A DNA stretch of 64,000 nucleotides from the NCBI GenBank assembly GCA_964016885.1, contig OZ024757.1, positions 34,844,001 to 34,908,000 on the forward strand. Reading direction: 5' to 3'. A model generated the notes under the pieces. That model had not been told where the DNA came from and made no database searches. It saw only the letters and a list, made by a program, of their open reading frames with translations. Below, in pieces: positions 25,691 to 39,600 of the stretch; the first letter of the stretch is position 1, and each line of letters starts with the position of its first letter. Source of the stretch: Eledone cirrhosa. Lineage: Eukaryota. Position numbers and translations under genes: made by a program.

Positions 25691-27149
25691 TTTAAATACA
25701 CTTTTGTCATTGAATTGCAGGAAAGTGTTTAATTTCATTTATATATGTAAGACAGTACTGTGTGTGTATTTAGCATACAGTATAATCCACTGAGATATTT
25801 TCACTTGGATGGTCTCACGTGGCCAAGTGGTAAGAGTGTTGAACTTATGATCATAATGTTGTGGGTTTGATTCCTGGACTGGTTTGTGTGTCGTCTTCTT
25901 GAGCAAAACATTCCATTTCATATTGCTCCATGAAATCAGCAATAGCTGGGGATTTAACCATGTGATGTACTGGTGTCCTGTCCAGTGGGGAGTGTTGTAC
26001 TCTCAGTCGCTTAATCCTGTAATGTTCAAACCAGCCAAAAACGACCAGAATTCTGTACCTCTCTCTGTTGAAACTGGCTGTAACTGGTCGCTCAAACTGA
26101 TGTTAAGGTATTGTTCTCAAAATAAATACTTTCAAAATCTCATAGATTGGATATTATGTGAGGTAATTATATGAGATAAAGCCTTTGCCATGACAATATA
26201 ATAGTATATATAGAGTAATGTGAATGTTATATGAGATAATTATGTGAGATAAAGCCTTTACCGTGACAATATAATAGTATATATAGAGTAATGTGAATGT
26301 TATATGAGATAATTATGTGAGATAAAGCCTTTACCATGACAATATAATAGTATATATAGAGTAATGTGAATGTTATATGAGATAATTATGTGAGATAAAG
26401 CCTTTACCATGACAATATAATAGTATATATAGAGTAATGTAAATGCTAAAGGGTTAATGTTGCAGAAACCGGGATAGACACTGGATGATGAGCTTCTGGG
26501 CTCAAGACAGACTTCAACTCTGCGATGGACTGGCGTCCTGTCCAAGGGGAAATGTTATACTCTCAGTCGCTTAACACCATGGAAACCAGAATAAGCACTA
26601 ACTTAATGAGCCTCTGGGCTCAAGACAGACTTTAGATTTTTTTTAAAGTCCTGGGTTCAATCGCATTGTGTGACATGGGGGACTGGGTCAGTTTAGTTGT
26701 AGTGAATAGTTTAGCCTTTTGCACTATAAAATGGTCAGAAAATGCAATTTGAGTCCAAGCAGGTCCTATTACATTTACAGCTTTCAATAATTATAAAGTA
26801 ATCATAGCAAAATGACCTATGTAATATGTCTCTGAATAAACATACTAGCAATTGGCAAATAGTGATATGTGGAGAAAAAGTTATGACATGACAAAAAAAA
26901 TTTACTATGAAAGTTAACATAATATATTACACTGTTGTTAACCAAGATATTAAAAAAAAATACTTTGATATGCAATAAACATAAAATGTACATAAAGTGT
27001 AGCGTATGTACAAATAGATGTGAGTTTTGGTAGTTTGGGGAGAAAAATATAATTATTGGGATGTAGGGTCAGCTGCTCCCTTTTCCCTTACTTTCACCAT
27101 TTAATTTTTTTTCTTTACTTTTATTGCAAACTTCATATAATCCACTTAC

Positions 27150-27335
27150 AATTTTTTTAAATTGAATCTATTCAAATCTCATTTCACGATATGGCTAATC
27201 GAACAACTGGAAAATTCTTCGTCGAAAGCGGTGGGAGTCCAATCCGTCGACTTTACCCGGAAAACTTTAAAAAGTGAATGCGCATGCCTAACCGGAAGTC
27301 TTTGTCTCTAAGCCAAACACTGAAATTCGTTCATC
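27150..27335. promoter_or_regulatory. Probable bidirectional promoter of ALDH16A1 and PIH1D1, with a likely non-coding ALDH16 first exon
   Basis: CpG-enriched patch with ETS/GABP-like CCGGAA (27257) and ACCGGAAGT (27291) and NRF1-like TGCGCATGC (27279). A minus-strand GTAAGT donor at 27149-27144 could splice to a CAG acceptor at 22828-22826 just upstream of the ALDH16 ATG. Confidence 0.6.
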
Positions 27336-27407
27336 ATGTCCGTGGATTCGTCTTTACTAAATATCGACTCAAAGGAGTTTGATTATGAAAATCTTTTCCT
27401 GGACAAT
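27336..27407 (+). CDS. PIH1D1: PIH1D1 exon 1
   Basis: ATG in CATCATGT context, donor GTAAAT, phase 0. Confidence 0.8.
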
Positions 27408-29614
27408 GTAAATATTTATTATTCTTTCACATAAATTGTTTATTTTCCCCAGAGACTCCCTATCAGGCTTAGGAATTATAATAGGGTGTTCATCTCTTCC
27501 TGTTATCGTATTGTGACATGCTCTGTTGGGGGCGCTTGGTTATTTCAGTGTCTTAGCCACGCCATCACCTGCAATAATGCTACCAGTGTGTTGACTTGCT
27601 TCAAACATTTCCGATGACCTTTGTGATGTGTGACCGATTGACGCACTTAATATTGAATTGGTGTGGGCTTTTTTTCGCATTGATTAGATATTTTTGTGTA
27701 TTATGTTTATAATGTTCCTAGCAATAATAATTTGATTATATGTATGTACTTCTATTTAATCTTATATATTTGTTATTATCATCATCATCATTTAAGGTCC
27801 ATTTTTCCGCGCTAGCATCGGTTAGACGAGTTGTCCAGTTGTGAGACAAGCCAGGTCGCATGAACTTCCTCACAGAACTGATTCTGGGTCTCTACAACTG
27901 GATGCTCTTCTTAACTACAACACTACCACTTTACAGTGTGGACTTGGCGCCTTTTTGTCGTGACACCAACACTACCACTTTACAGTGTGGACTGGGCGCC
28001 TTTTTGTCGTGACACCAACACGACCACTTTACAGTGTGGACTGGGCGCCTTTTTGTCGTGACACCAACACTACCACTTTACAGTGTGGACTGGGCGCCTT
28101 TTTGTCGTGACACCAACACGACCACTTTACAGTGTGGACTTGGCGCCTTTTTGTCGTGACACCAACACTACCACTTTACAGTGTGGACTGGGCGCCTTTT
28201 TGTCGTGACACCAACACGACCACTTTACAGTGTGGACTGGGCGCCTTTTTGTCGTGACACCAACACTACCACTTTACAGTGTGGACTGGGCGCCTTTTTG
28301 TCGTGACACCAACACTACCACTTTACAGTGTGGACTGGGCGCCTTTTTGTCGTGACACCAACACTACCACTTTACAGTGTGGACTGGGCGCCTTTTTGTC
28401 GTGACACCAACACTACCACTTTACAGTGTGGACTGGGCGCCTTTTTGTCGTGACACCAGCACGACCACTTTACAGTGTGGACTGGTCCTCTGACTACCTC
28501 TCTATTCACTACTATCGGAGGTGCAGTTAGACAACTGTAGGAGTGAGCCCCATAACAGTGGAGACTTCAGGAGTTCTTGTTCCCCATACCACCTCCCTAT
28601 TGACTACTATCAGGGCGGAGTGGGCCACCCACAGGACCGAACCCTGCAAGTTGGAATGAAGCAGCTGGGGACCCAGTGGTAGACCCTGAACAAAAAGGTG
28701 GAATATCATCCACAAGCTCCTCTGGTCTCACTTGGAAATTCAACTGGATCGATTGGAAACAGTTGCTTCTGAGAGGATCCAATGGAAGGAGTGTTTGAAG
28801 ACTCTGTCCCAATAACCCTCCCAGGAAAAAGTGGATAAAAAAGAAACAGCATGGTATGGTGGTATGGCCCTGTAACTCCTGATGAAGTTGTAGGGAAGCC
28901 ATAGTGGCGTACGGCGTTTCTAAAGGCTGGCAGAGACCAACGCTCTCCATGCCTGAGTACTGCAGATTTCTTGCAGAGAAGGATAGAAAGTGAGAAAGAG
29001 ATATAGAGGAATAATCGACTCCAGTAGTAGACTGGTACCTTTTCTTATTGACCGCGAAAGGATTGATGTTAGCTTAATATTGTTTATCTCTTCCAATTGA
29101 TTCTGGAACTTTCTGTCTCTTATGTTTACTACACACAGCTTCAGAATGACCCTCAGTCGCCAGATCTCTTCAAACCTGCAGGTTTTCTAGAAGTTACACC
29201 CAGAGCTGGTAAGTCTCCTCACACACAGCATATATATACACAAACACATATACACACATACACACGCAAACACATATACACACACACACAAACGTATATA
29301 TAACGTGTACATACGCAAACATATACGTACATATATACACAAACACACAAACACAAATATATATACACATATGCAAACATATACGTGATGTCATTCCTAC
29401 AGCTGAGTAAACTGGAGCAATGTGAAATAAAGTGTCTTGCTCAAGGAAACAACGCATCACCCGGTCTGAGAATTGAACTCACAACCTTTCGATTGCAAGG
29501 CCAATGCCCTAACCACTAAGCCATGTGCCTTCATAGAAAAAGGTTACATGTACCTCTTATACAAATATATATACATGTATATATATTTGTGTATATATGA
29601 ACGTATATGTTTGC

Positions 29615-29664
<50 letters not shown>

Positions 29665-31639
29665 GTCAGTTGTGTGTGTGTGTGCATATATGTATATATA
29701 TATATATATGCACACACACACACAACTGACTATATAATATTATTTATAAAAATATTAAAGAGATAAATATTAATAAATGTTTCTACTTTTGGCACAAGGC
29801 CAGCAATTACTGGTACTTTATTTTATCGACCCCGTAAGGATTTGAACTCAGACCGTAAAGGGACGTAACTATGCTAGAAAGTATGGCGTCCAACCCTCTA
29901 CCGATACTGCCAAATAATTTTCATGCACGGTTTTCCTTAGACATGAAAACTATTTCAAGGGTAAAATGATTGAGGAAGCTGCTTTAACCACTGAGCCAGG
30001 CGTCAGTACAAGATTTATCTCCCTTTGACTAAAACTAGCAGTAAAGCCCGGCGTTGCTCGGGGTCGCTCAGTAGCTGTGTTAAAGTTACAATGTTAAGTT
30101 TCTTTCTTGGCTTAAAAACTGTAGTGTCTACTGTGCAGACTTGCATGTGGTGTTTTTGATTAATATTCCCTCAACCAACAATATGCCTTATGAAGTTAAG
30201 AAAACATAACGATAACCCGAATGTTATAACAAAAGAGGATGCTGGGGATAGAAACTGCACTGGTTATTTATTAACAAAGATCGAAAATGTAAACACTGCA
30301 ACGCAGAGAAAAACATTAGCGTAACCAAATTATCAGTTATGTCTGTCTGCACGCCTATATCACCTCTCTGCACGACTGTCTGTCTGCACGCCTATATCAC
30401 CTCTCTGCACGACTGTCTGTCTGCACGCCTATATCACCTCTCTGCACGACTGTCTGTCTGCACGCGTATATCACCTCTCTGCACGACTGTCTGTCTGCAC
30501 GCCTAACGACGAAATATTTGCTTGTTTTACGTAGTCTTTAAATAGACTTGTTTTCAAGTAAAAATATTGTTTTAAAATGCTTTTAAATGGAAATGAAGCA
30601 AAACGGAAGCTTAGTGTTCGAACTGATGAATTTTGCAGGTCAATATTTTGCTGGCTCGACAACTGTTCGTGTATTGTGTTAATGTCATTTTAAACGCTGA
30701 GAAAGCCAGCGTAATTTTTTACGTAAGACGCTCAATGTAAACAGAACAAAGGGAAATAACTGATAACTTACGCTCAAAAATCGATACATTATATTCGATT
30801 TCGTCACATAGGGTGGGTCAATTTGAAATATTTTTTTTCCGATGTCTTCGCTAGGGCTCAATGTACAAGTATAGCAATTTCGGTGCAATTCCGTGAGAGA
30901 TTCTAAGAGGAGATGTGTGCCAAAAATCGATAGACAGACAGACAACCACAGTTTTATATATATAGATTGTATTACAGTGATTTCCTTTCGTTAACATTAC
31001 ACCATTCCTACATTTATATGGTTAATTTCACAGTATTACTTCTGTTTATATAGATTAAATACATACTTCTTATATACACATGGCGTAGTTATAATATGGT
31101 TTATATATAATGTGATGTATATATGGTGTACATTACGTGGTGTGTTTAATGTAGTGTATATACATATGGTGTGTATAATGTGATATAGAATATTTGACGG
31201 TTTTTTACCCTTAAAATGTCCCATAAAATTACCCCGCATCTTATAAGGTCAAGGGTCAGTTTGGGTTACTGGCTAGTGGAGTTCTAGTGTTGCAGTGGCC
31301 CATAAATTAAACCACAAACATCTCCACAATTGGCAATCGCCTTTACATCAACAATAGCAACTCTTCCTTCCCCCCGCCCCCATAAGCTACAATTTTTATA
31401 AAATTTATGAGGAATAAAATAAATTTATTGTCACTTTCTTTTGTTTTAGAAATATTCTAAATATTTCAACAAAAAATACGATGTAGAATGGTAATAAAAA
31501 ACAACAAAAACGATGTACAAACTTTATACCCTTCACCTGACAGTCGTAACTTAAACCCATTTATTCATCTTTTTTAAATGCCTCCCCAAATTGAGGTATG
31601 TCTTATAAGCCCATACGTCGTTTAAGCCGCCAAATCCCG

Positions 31640-31680
<41 letters not shown>

Positions 31681-32682
31681 AAATATGGAGAAAAATACTG
31701 CAGGTAGCGCATGGATAACATGTAATAAAATGAGTCCCTCATCAGTGATTTGCCGACGATCATAGATATTTCATTGCATTAAAAATCATATACCTCACGT
31801 CGGTGCAATAATAATATATATATATATATAATACATTAACAGAGAAAGCCTTAAGTGATACTCTGACCAACTCCATCTCACTCAACAAACATTAGGATAT
31901 ACCTAAGTATTATCCCAATTCAGTGTTTGGGGTGCTAACTATATAGTATTTCGTGGATAAGCTGGTTGTATTATTTTATATGAGACATTATTAAATAAAT
32001 ATCTCTTTCCTTCCAGACGATCGTTTCGTTATAAGATTTCTACAATTTCTGGGATAAATAATGTCCAGGTTATGTAGAAACTTGTATATAATCCATAGTT
32101 TTATACACAAGCGGGCTCTTATAAACTCATCAGTGGATGCCCAATATATATATATATATATATATATACAATGATATTAAATAAATGGAAACTATATTTA
32201 TAAAACCATATTTATTCTATTATATATATTTCAAGGGTACCAAAAATGTTGGTACACTATCATCAGATAAAATACGAAGTGTGTTTTATAAATTTTGACA
32301 TAACCAAGGATAATATACCTTAATGGTTCAAGTTATCTCTGGAAAGTGAAGGGATAAGAGAAGAAAAGTAAGATATTTCAAATTATTAAGATGAGTATGC
32401 AAATACAAATGTATGCAAATCATTTTATGTCCGCTTTTCCCTGCTTGCAAGGGTTTATACACACACACACGCGCACGCACACACACACACACATATATAT
32501 ACAGCAATCACTGTAAATGAGGTTGGTGTTAGGAAGGGCATCCAGCTGTAGAAATCAACCCAAAATCAGTTCCCGTATGAGCAGGACAAGGTCACCCAAC
32601 CTAACATTGCCCACAACAGGACAACCCGTCTAACCCATGCTAGCGTGGAATAATGGACATAAAACGGTGATGATGATGATGA

Positions 32683-32748
<66 letters not shown>

Positions 32749-35232
32749 GGTGTCCCCAAAAATGTATACACACTTCAACAGCATTCTAATAAATATTGCC
32801 TGTACAGGTAATCAAAGTATGTATATATATTTTTTCGTGACACAATGTGATGTATATATATATTATTATCACCATTTAACATCTATTACATTATCCATAC
32901 TAGCATGGATATATACCATCATCATCGTTTAACGTCTGCTTTCCATGCTAGCAATAGTGTGGTGTATATATAATGTTTGTGTATATAAAATCTGGTATAT
33001 ATAATATGTTGTGATGTTTTTTTTTTCCAGGTTTCTGTATCAAATTAAAAGATGAAGAAGATAAGAAAGTGTTCATAAACATCTGTCAATCGGACAATGT
33101 AGGTATACTGCTATCTAGGACTACATTATCTAATGATGTATCCATCTTTGTTGTTGCTTAGCCCCATGTAATATCATACACCTTTCATATATTTCCTAAA
33201 ATCTATCTTTTGTAATTTCCAGAGATCTTCCACACTCAATGTCCATATTTCACAGCCACGTAATATCATGTACCTTTCATATATTTCATATATCTCCTCA
33301 GCTCTTCCACATTAAATGTCTATATTTCACAGCCATGTAATATCACACACCTTACATATCTTTCATACAATATACCCTCTATTATATCACCTTACATATA
33401 TTTCATAAAAATCTTTCGTCTGAAATCTCCAGAGGTCTTCCATACTCAATGTCCATATTTCTCAGCCATGTAATATTACACAGTTTACATACTTTTCATG
33501 CAATTTACCCTCTATTATATCACACCTTACATATATTTCATACAATATGCAGACCTCACCACCATATTCTCCCCTTTGATTTATCTTCTTCTCCTTTACT
33601 CATCCCCAAACATGTTTTTCTTGGTCTTCTTCCACATTCATTTCTATCACCCCTCTCACTCAGTCACTTTCATCCTTCTTCAACACATGACCCATATTGT
33701 ATCTTGCTTATGTTCTCACATTCTCTACTGGGTGGTCAAGGAGTGAAGGTGACCCATATCTTGCTTACAAAACATTCCCATGCTCTTCCGAGTGCATTTT
33801 ATCACTGCACCAACACTAGGGATGTTGTCATATCTTTGACACAGCTGAAGAATACTGTGTTTGGCAAGTTTTCTACAGTTGGATACCCTCTCTAACATCA
33901 ACCACTTTACAAAGTATATGCAATCGAAAGGTTGTGAGTTCAATTCTCAGACCGGGTGATGTGTTGTTTCCTTGAGCAAGACACTTTACTCCAGTTTACT
34001 CAGCTGTAGAAATGAGATGATAGGACTGGGGTCCCTATCATTCCACTGTAGAGTGGTCGTGGAGGTGCCACGGCAAAAAAGCACCCAGCACTTACTGTAA
34101 ATGAGGTTGGTGTTAGCAAAGGCATCCAGCTGTAGAAATCAAGCCAGAATCAGTTCTCGTCCCACCATTGCAAGCAGGGAAAAGCGGACGTAAAATGATG
34201 ATGATGATTAGGCAGCAGAGTCATTAGAATGTCAGATAGAATGCTTTGTGATATTTGTTCTGGCTCTCTTCTCTCTGAGTTCAAACCCTCGAAGGTTAAC
34301 TTTGCCTTTCATTCTATCGAAGTCAACAAAAATAGTACCAGTCTAATACTGGGGTCGATTCTTCCTCTATATCTCTTCCTCACTTCCATTCTCTCACTCT
34401 ATCCTTCTCTGGAAGAAATCTACTGTGTTTAGACTTGGAGAAGGGATGGGCTCCACCAAGTTTAAAATTGCCCTAGACATGTTGTATGTCGATATAGTGC
34501 CTCTACAACTCCATCAAGAGTTACAGGTCCATACATACAATGGTCAGCTGGAAAGTTCATAAGCTGATCAAGATACTCTCATGGAATGACCAAATGAGGT
34601 TTATTTTTCAACATAGTCCTTGGAAAGAAACAATGCAGTTATTAATAAGAAGAGTTGAAATTAATGCTTGCAAGATTTCACTGCTCTAGCATCACTCCAT
34701 CATAATCAGCCTATGAACTTGTCAACCTTCCCTCATACAACACTAACGTTATTTTTTCTATTGGTGTTTTAGGTTCCAGAGCCAGAAGAAATATCTGATG
34801 AGAAGTTAATGGAACTGCTTAAGTCAGAAATTCAAACAGATTACAGAATACCAATGAGTTTAGGAGAACCACACCCGGAACTTGATAAAAGTAACTTAAT
34901 TTCATTATCTATTTCTTAATGGGCGGTGAATTGGCAGTATCGGTAGAGGGTCGGACGCCATGCTTTGACACATAGTGTTATGGCCCTTGCCATTCTGAGT
35001 TCAAATCCCGCCAAGGTTTACTTTGCCTTTCATCCTTACGGGGTTGATAAAATAAAGTACCAGTAATGTACTGGGTAATTGCTGGCCTTGTGCCAATAGT
35101 AGAAACAATTATCTATTTCTTTATAAGGGTAGTGGCTTTCGTTCTGACTCTCTGCTCTCTCAGTTAAAATCCTATCAAGGAGGTTAACTCTGCCTTATAT
35201 TCTTTCGAGGTTGATAAATAAAGTACCAGACC

Positions 35233-35294
<62 letters not shown>

Positions 35295-35490
35295 TTAATA
35301 TAGAGGAGATTCTACAGGACTAGAACTGTTTCATTCTTTAGAAATCATCAGGAATCTGGATTCCTGATGATTTCTAAAGAATGAAACAGTTCTAGTCCTG
35401 TAGAATCTCATCTATATTAAAACTTTTATACTCTGCAATGTATTGAGTACATTACTTACTGTGGTTACCTCCGATTCAACCCAGAATAAC

Positions 35491-35551
<61 letters not shown>

Positions 35552-36178
35552 AATGGAAGTTCAGTAGAATCAAAGCTTTGGCTGCAGCTATGTTAACGAA
35601 TGCAATCGGAATGTGCAGCTAAGCACTCAATAAGGTAGTTTTACCTTAGAGTAACAACATTATGTTTAGACAGCTTGACAAATGGAAGACTGCGACCGGT
35701 AAGCCAGCCGCAAGGACCAAACCAACTCAGGATAATTTGACAAACCTGGACCATCCCGTCGATATTAAGCAATATCTCCGGTAGGTTTCTGTGAATCCGA
35801 AATCAACAAATCCACTTGCGGGGTATGCAAGTTATTGGTGTTGGAAGATCGAACAGAGGGTTCACTTTCTCAACAAGTTTCCGTTCAATGCCGCTGTCCT
35901 TTGTGAGTTATAGCAGTAAGACTGCCGGCGGTCACGTGGTTTTCCCAAAGGGAGGTAACCGCCGGTTTTGGCGGTCGAAATTCAAATTTTGAACAAAGGA
36001 ATAAATTCCTTTCCACAAACCGAATAAAGCTCTCGATATATATATATATAGTTTGATTCCTGCACCACCCACAAGATTCAACATGAAAGATGGATGAGTT
36101 ACGTAACGTTGAGTGCTTTCCATTATGGTTAACTATACTATACGGAATGACCAGTTCTATCCAGTGGTGAACCACTAA

Positions 36179-36224
<46 letters not shown>

Positions 36225-36574
36225 TGTGTGTATGTATGTATATAATTATATATATATATATATATATATATAAATACATATGACCAAAGTTTATATGGTT
36301 CGTTGATTATTCAACGAATACAATTTTACAATAGATTAGAAATACTCGACACTATTGGAATTGAATAATCAAAACCGTAGCGGTATGTCACATATCCAAT
36401 CTTATATTTTGTCTGATGAAAACGTACTGAAACACCATTGTACCTTTGAAATATGTAGAATAAAATATATATTTTGGTTATGAGAATATTTTTCATTTAT
36501 TAATATTTTGAATAATATTATATATCATCATCATCATCATTTTACGTCCGCCCTTCCCTGCTTATGTATATATA

Positions 36575-36619
<45 letters not shown>

Positions 36620-39600
36620 GGCATATGGCTGAGTTGTTAGAGAATTGGATTCACAATCGTGAGGTTGTGAGTTCGATTCCCAGAGCGGGTGATGCGTTAT
36701 GTCCTTGAGCAAGACACTTTATTTCACGTTGCTCCTTCTACCTGGAGTTGCGACCAATAGATAGTATTAGCAACTGGAAAGACCAATGGAAACATTGTTT
36801 CCTCGGTCCGATTTGACGAAAGTCGATCTTGAAAATAACTATATATATCCTCTCGTTCCATTCTATTTAGGTGGGCAAGCCTGTATAGTGTATGATATTG
36901 TTATCAATCCAAAGTTTTTTGAGAAGATCCAGATCAATGAGTTGTTCCGGGTTTTCCTGGTGTCGATATCTCTGGAAGGTTTAGAGGAGAAATACAAACT
37001 CAACATAAAACGGGGTAAGTAAATCAACTGATTTGTTTGACCCTTTTAGTATTTTATTGGGTTTTGAGTGAGGAGGACCTTTGTGCTAGAACACTGGTTC
37101 CCAAACCTTTCTAGTAAAAGTATATTGGTATAATTTAGAACTAGTAAATGTATATTGGTATATTTTAGAACTAGTAAAGGTATATTGGTATATTTTAGAA
37201 CTAGTAACAGTATATTGGTGTAATTTAGAACTAGTAAAGGTATATTGGTATAATTTAGAACTAGTAAATGTATATTGGTATATTTTAGAACTAGTAAATG
37301 TATATTGGTATAATTTAGAACTAGTAACAGTATATTGGTATAATTTAGAACTAGTAACAGTATATTGGTATAATTTAGAACTAGTAAAGATATATTGGTA
37401 TATTTTAGAACTAATAAAGGTATATTGGTGTATTTTAGAACTAGTAGAGGTATATTGGTGTATTTTAGAACTAGTAAAGGTATATTGGTATATTTTAGAA
37501 CTAGTAAAGGTATATTGGTATATTTTAGAACTAGTAAAGGTATATTGGTATATTTTAGAACTAGTAACAGTATATTGGTATAATTTAGAACTAGTAAAGG
37601 TATATTGGTATATTTTAGAACTAGTAAAGGTATATTGGTATATTTTAGAACTAGTAAAGGTATATTGGTATATTTTAGAACTAGTAACAGTATATTGGTA
37701 TAATTTAGAACTAGTAAAGGTATATTGGTATATTTTAGAACTAGTAAAGGTATATTGGTATATTTTAGAACTAGTAAAGGTATATTGGTATATTTTAGAA
37801 CTAGTAAAGGTATATTGGTATAATTTAGAACTAGTAAAGGTATATTGGTATATTTTAGAACTAGTAAAGGTATATTGGTATATTTTAGAACTAGTAAAGG
37901 TATATTGGTATAATTCAGAACTAGTAAAGGTATATTGGTATATTTTAGAACTAGTATAGAACCAGTAAATTAAAAAGTATCAACATTAGAAAAGACTAAT
38001 GGAAATATTGTTCCCTGGGTTCAATCAGACAATCGACTCCTTTCTTTTTTCAGGAATTGCTGACCAGCAACTAGTATTAGCAATGGAAAGACCAATGGAA
38101 ACTATGTTTCCTTGGATTGATCTGATGATCAGCTCCTTTCTCTGCTAGGAATTGTGACTGGAAGATAACATCAGCAATAGAAAGGACCAATGGACTCATT
38201 GTTTCCTGGGTTTGATCTGATAATCTGTTCCTTTTTTCTGCCAGGTGTTGCTAATCAGTATCAGCAATGGAAAGACTAATGGAAACTATTATGCTTCCTT
38301 GGTCTGATCTGATAATCAGCTCTTTGGCTTATTTGAATTTTTTTTCTTCAGATTCTTGGGTGATACTGAAAAACAAGAAGTTTATGGGAAGTATAGCACC
38401 ACAGAACATTCGAAATAAACCCAAATCTCTGATTAGTGAAGTTGCTGGGTAAGTGATATTTTTTCTTTTTATCATCATCATCATCACCATTTAATGTCCA
38501 TTTTTCCATGCTAGCATGGGGTAGACAAGTTGTCCCGTTGTAAGACAAGCCAGACCAGGTAACCATGTCTTGCTCATAAAAAACTGTTTCTGGCAGGTTT
38601 CTACAACTGGATACCCTTCTTAACACCAACCACATTTACAGGGTGGACTGGTCGCCTTTTATCGTGGCCGCAACATGACTGACAGGATGGATTGGGCGCT
38701 TTTTGTTGTGACACCTACACAACCACTTTATAGGGTGGACTGGGTGCTTTTTGTTGTGACACCTACATGGCCACTTTACAGGGTGGACTGGGAGCTTTTT
38801 GTCATGTCACCAACACAATCACTTTACAATGTTGACAGTGCTTTTTATGGCAGCACCAAAACAACTGCTTTAGAGTGTGGACTGGGTTCTTGGCACTTCA
38901 CAGAATATACTGGGTGCATTTTATCGGGGCAACAGCTCTACCGTTTTACTGAGTGTACTGGGTGCATTTTATCACTGCAACAGCTCTACCACTTTACAGA
39001 GTATACTGGACGCGTTTTATCATCGCAACAACACAACCACTAAGTTAATTGTTATTTTCACCTTACCTTTGTAATTATCTGCCAACTTTTGTTAATCACA
39101 GGTCTGAAGGTATAGAAGAATTTGAGACCAATGCCTCACTGCCCACCAAAACCCCTACACCATTGATCCAGGAGATCTCCAGCCACACAGTTAAACACAT
39201 GTACGTAATACAGGATTAACACCTATTGTCATTATCAATTAATTTATGAAGAATTTTGAAGGATTTTCTAAAATTATTTCATTACTAAGATAATAACAAA
39301 ACATATGGTTCTTATAAACAATCATGTTGGGAGATTTTAATTTCACTTTCATAGAACCAGAACTGGTTTAATGAAGAATTTTGAAGGATTTACTAAAATT
39401 ATTAATTATTTCATTACTTAAGATATTAACTTAACATATAGTTCTTATATGAAATTGTTAGAAGATTTTAATCTAAAAAGGAACTCTTTTAAATGGGTAG
39501 TTTTGTTTCATAGTCGTGAGGTTGCATGTTCGATTCCAAGACCAGTTGATGTTATGTCCTTGAACAAGACACTTTATTTCACGTTGCTCTTTCTGCCAGG

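Noticed and set aside
27920-28485. Regular short repeats resembling a CRISPR array (also 37110-37955 and 5183-6545)
   Set aside because: Units are contiguous with no unique spacers, there are no cas genes, and the context is eukaryotic intron
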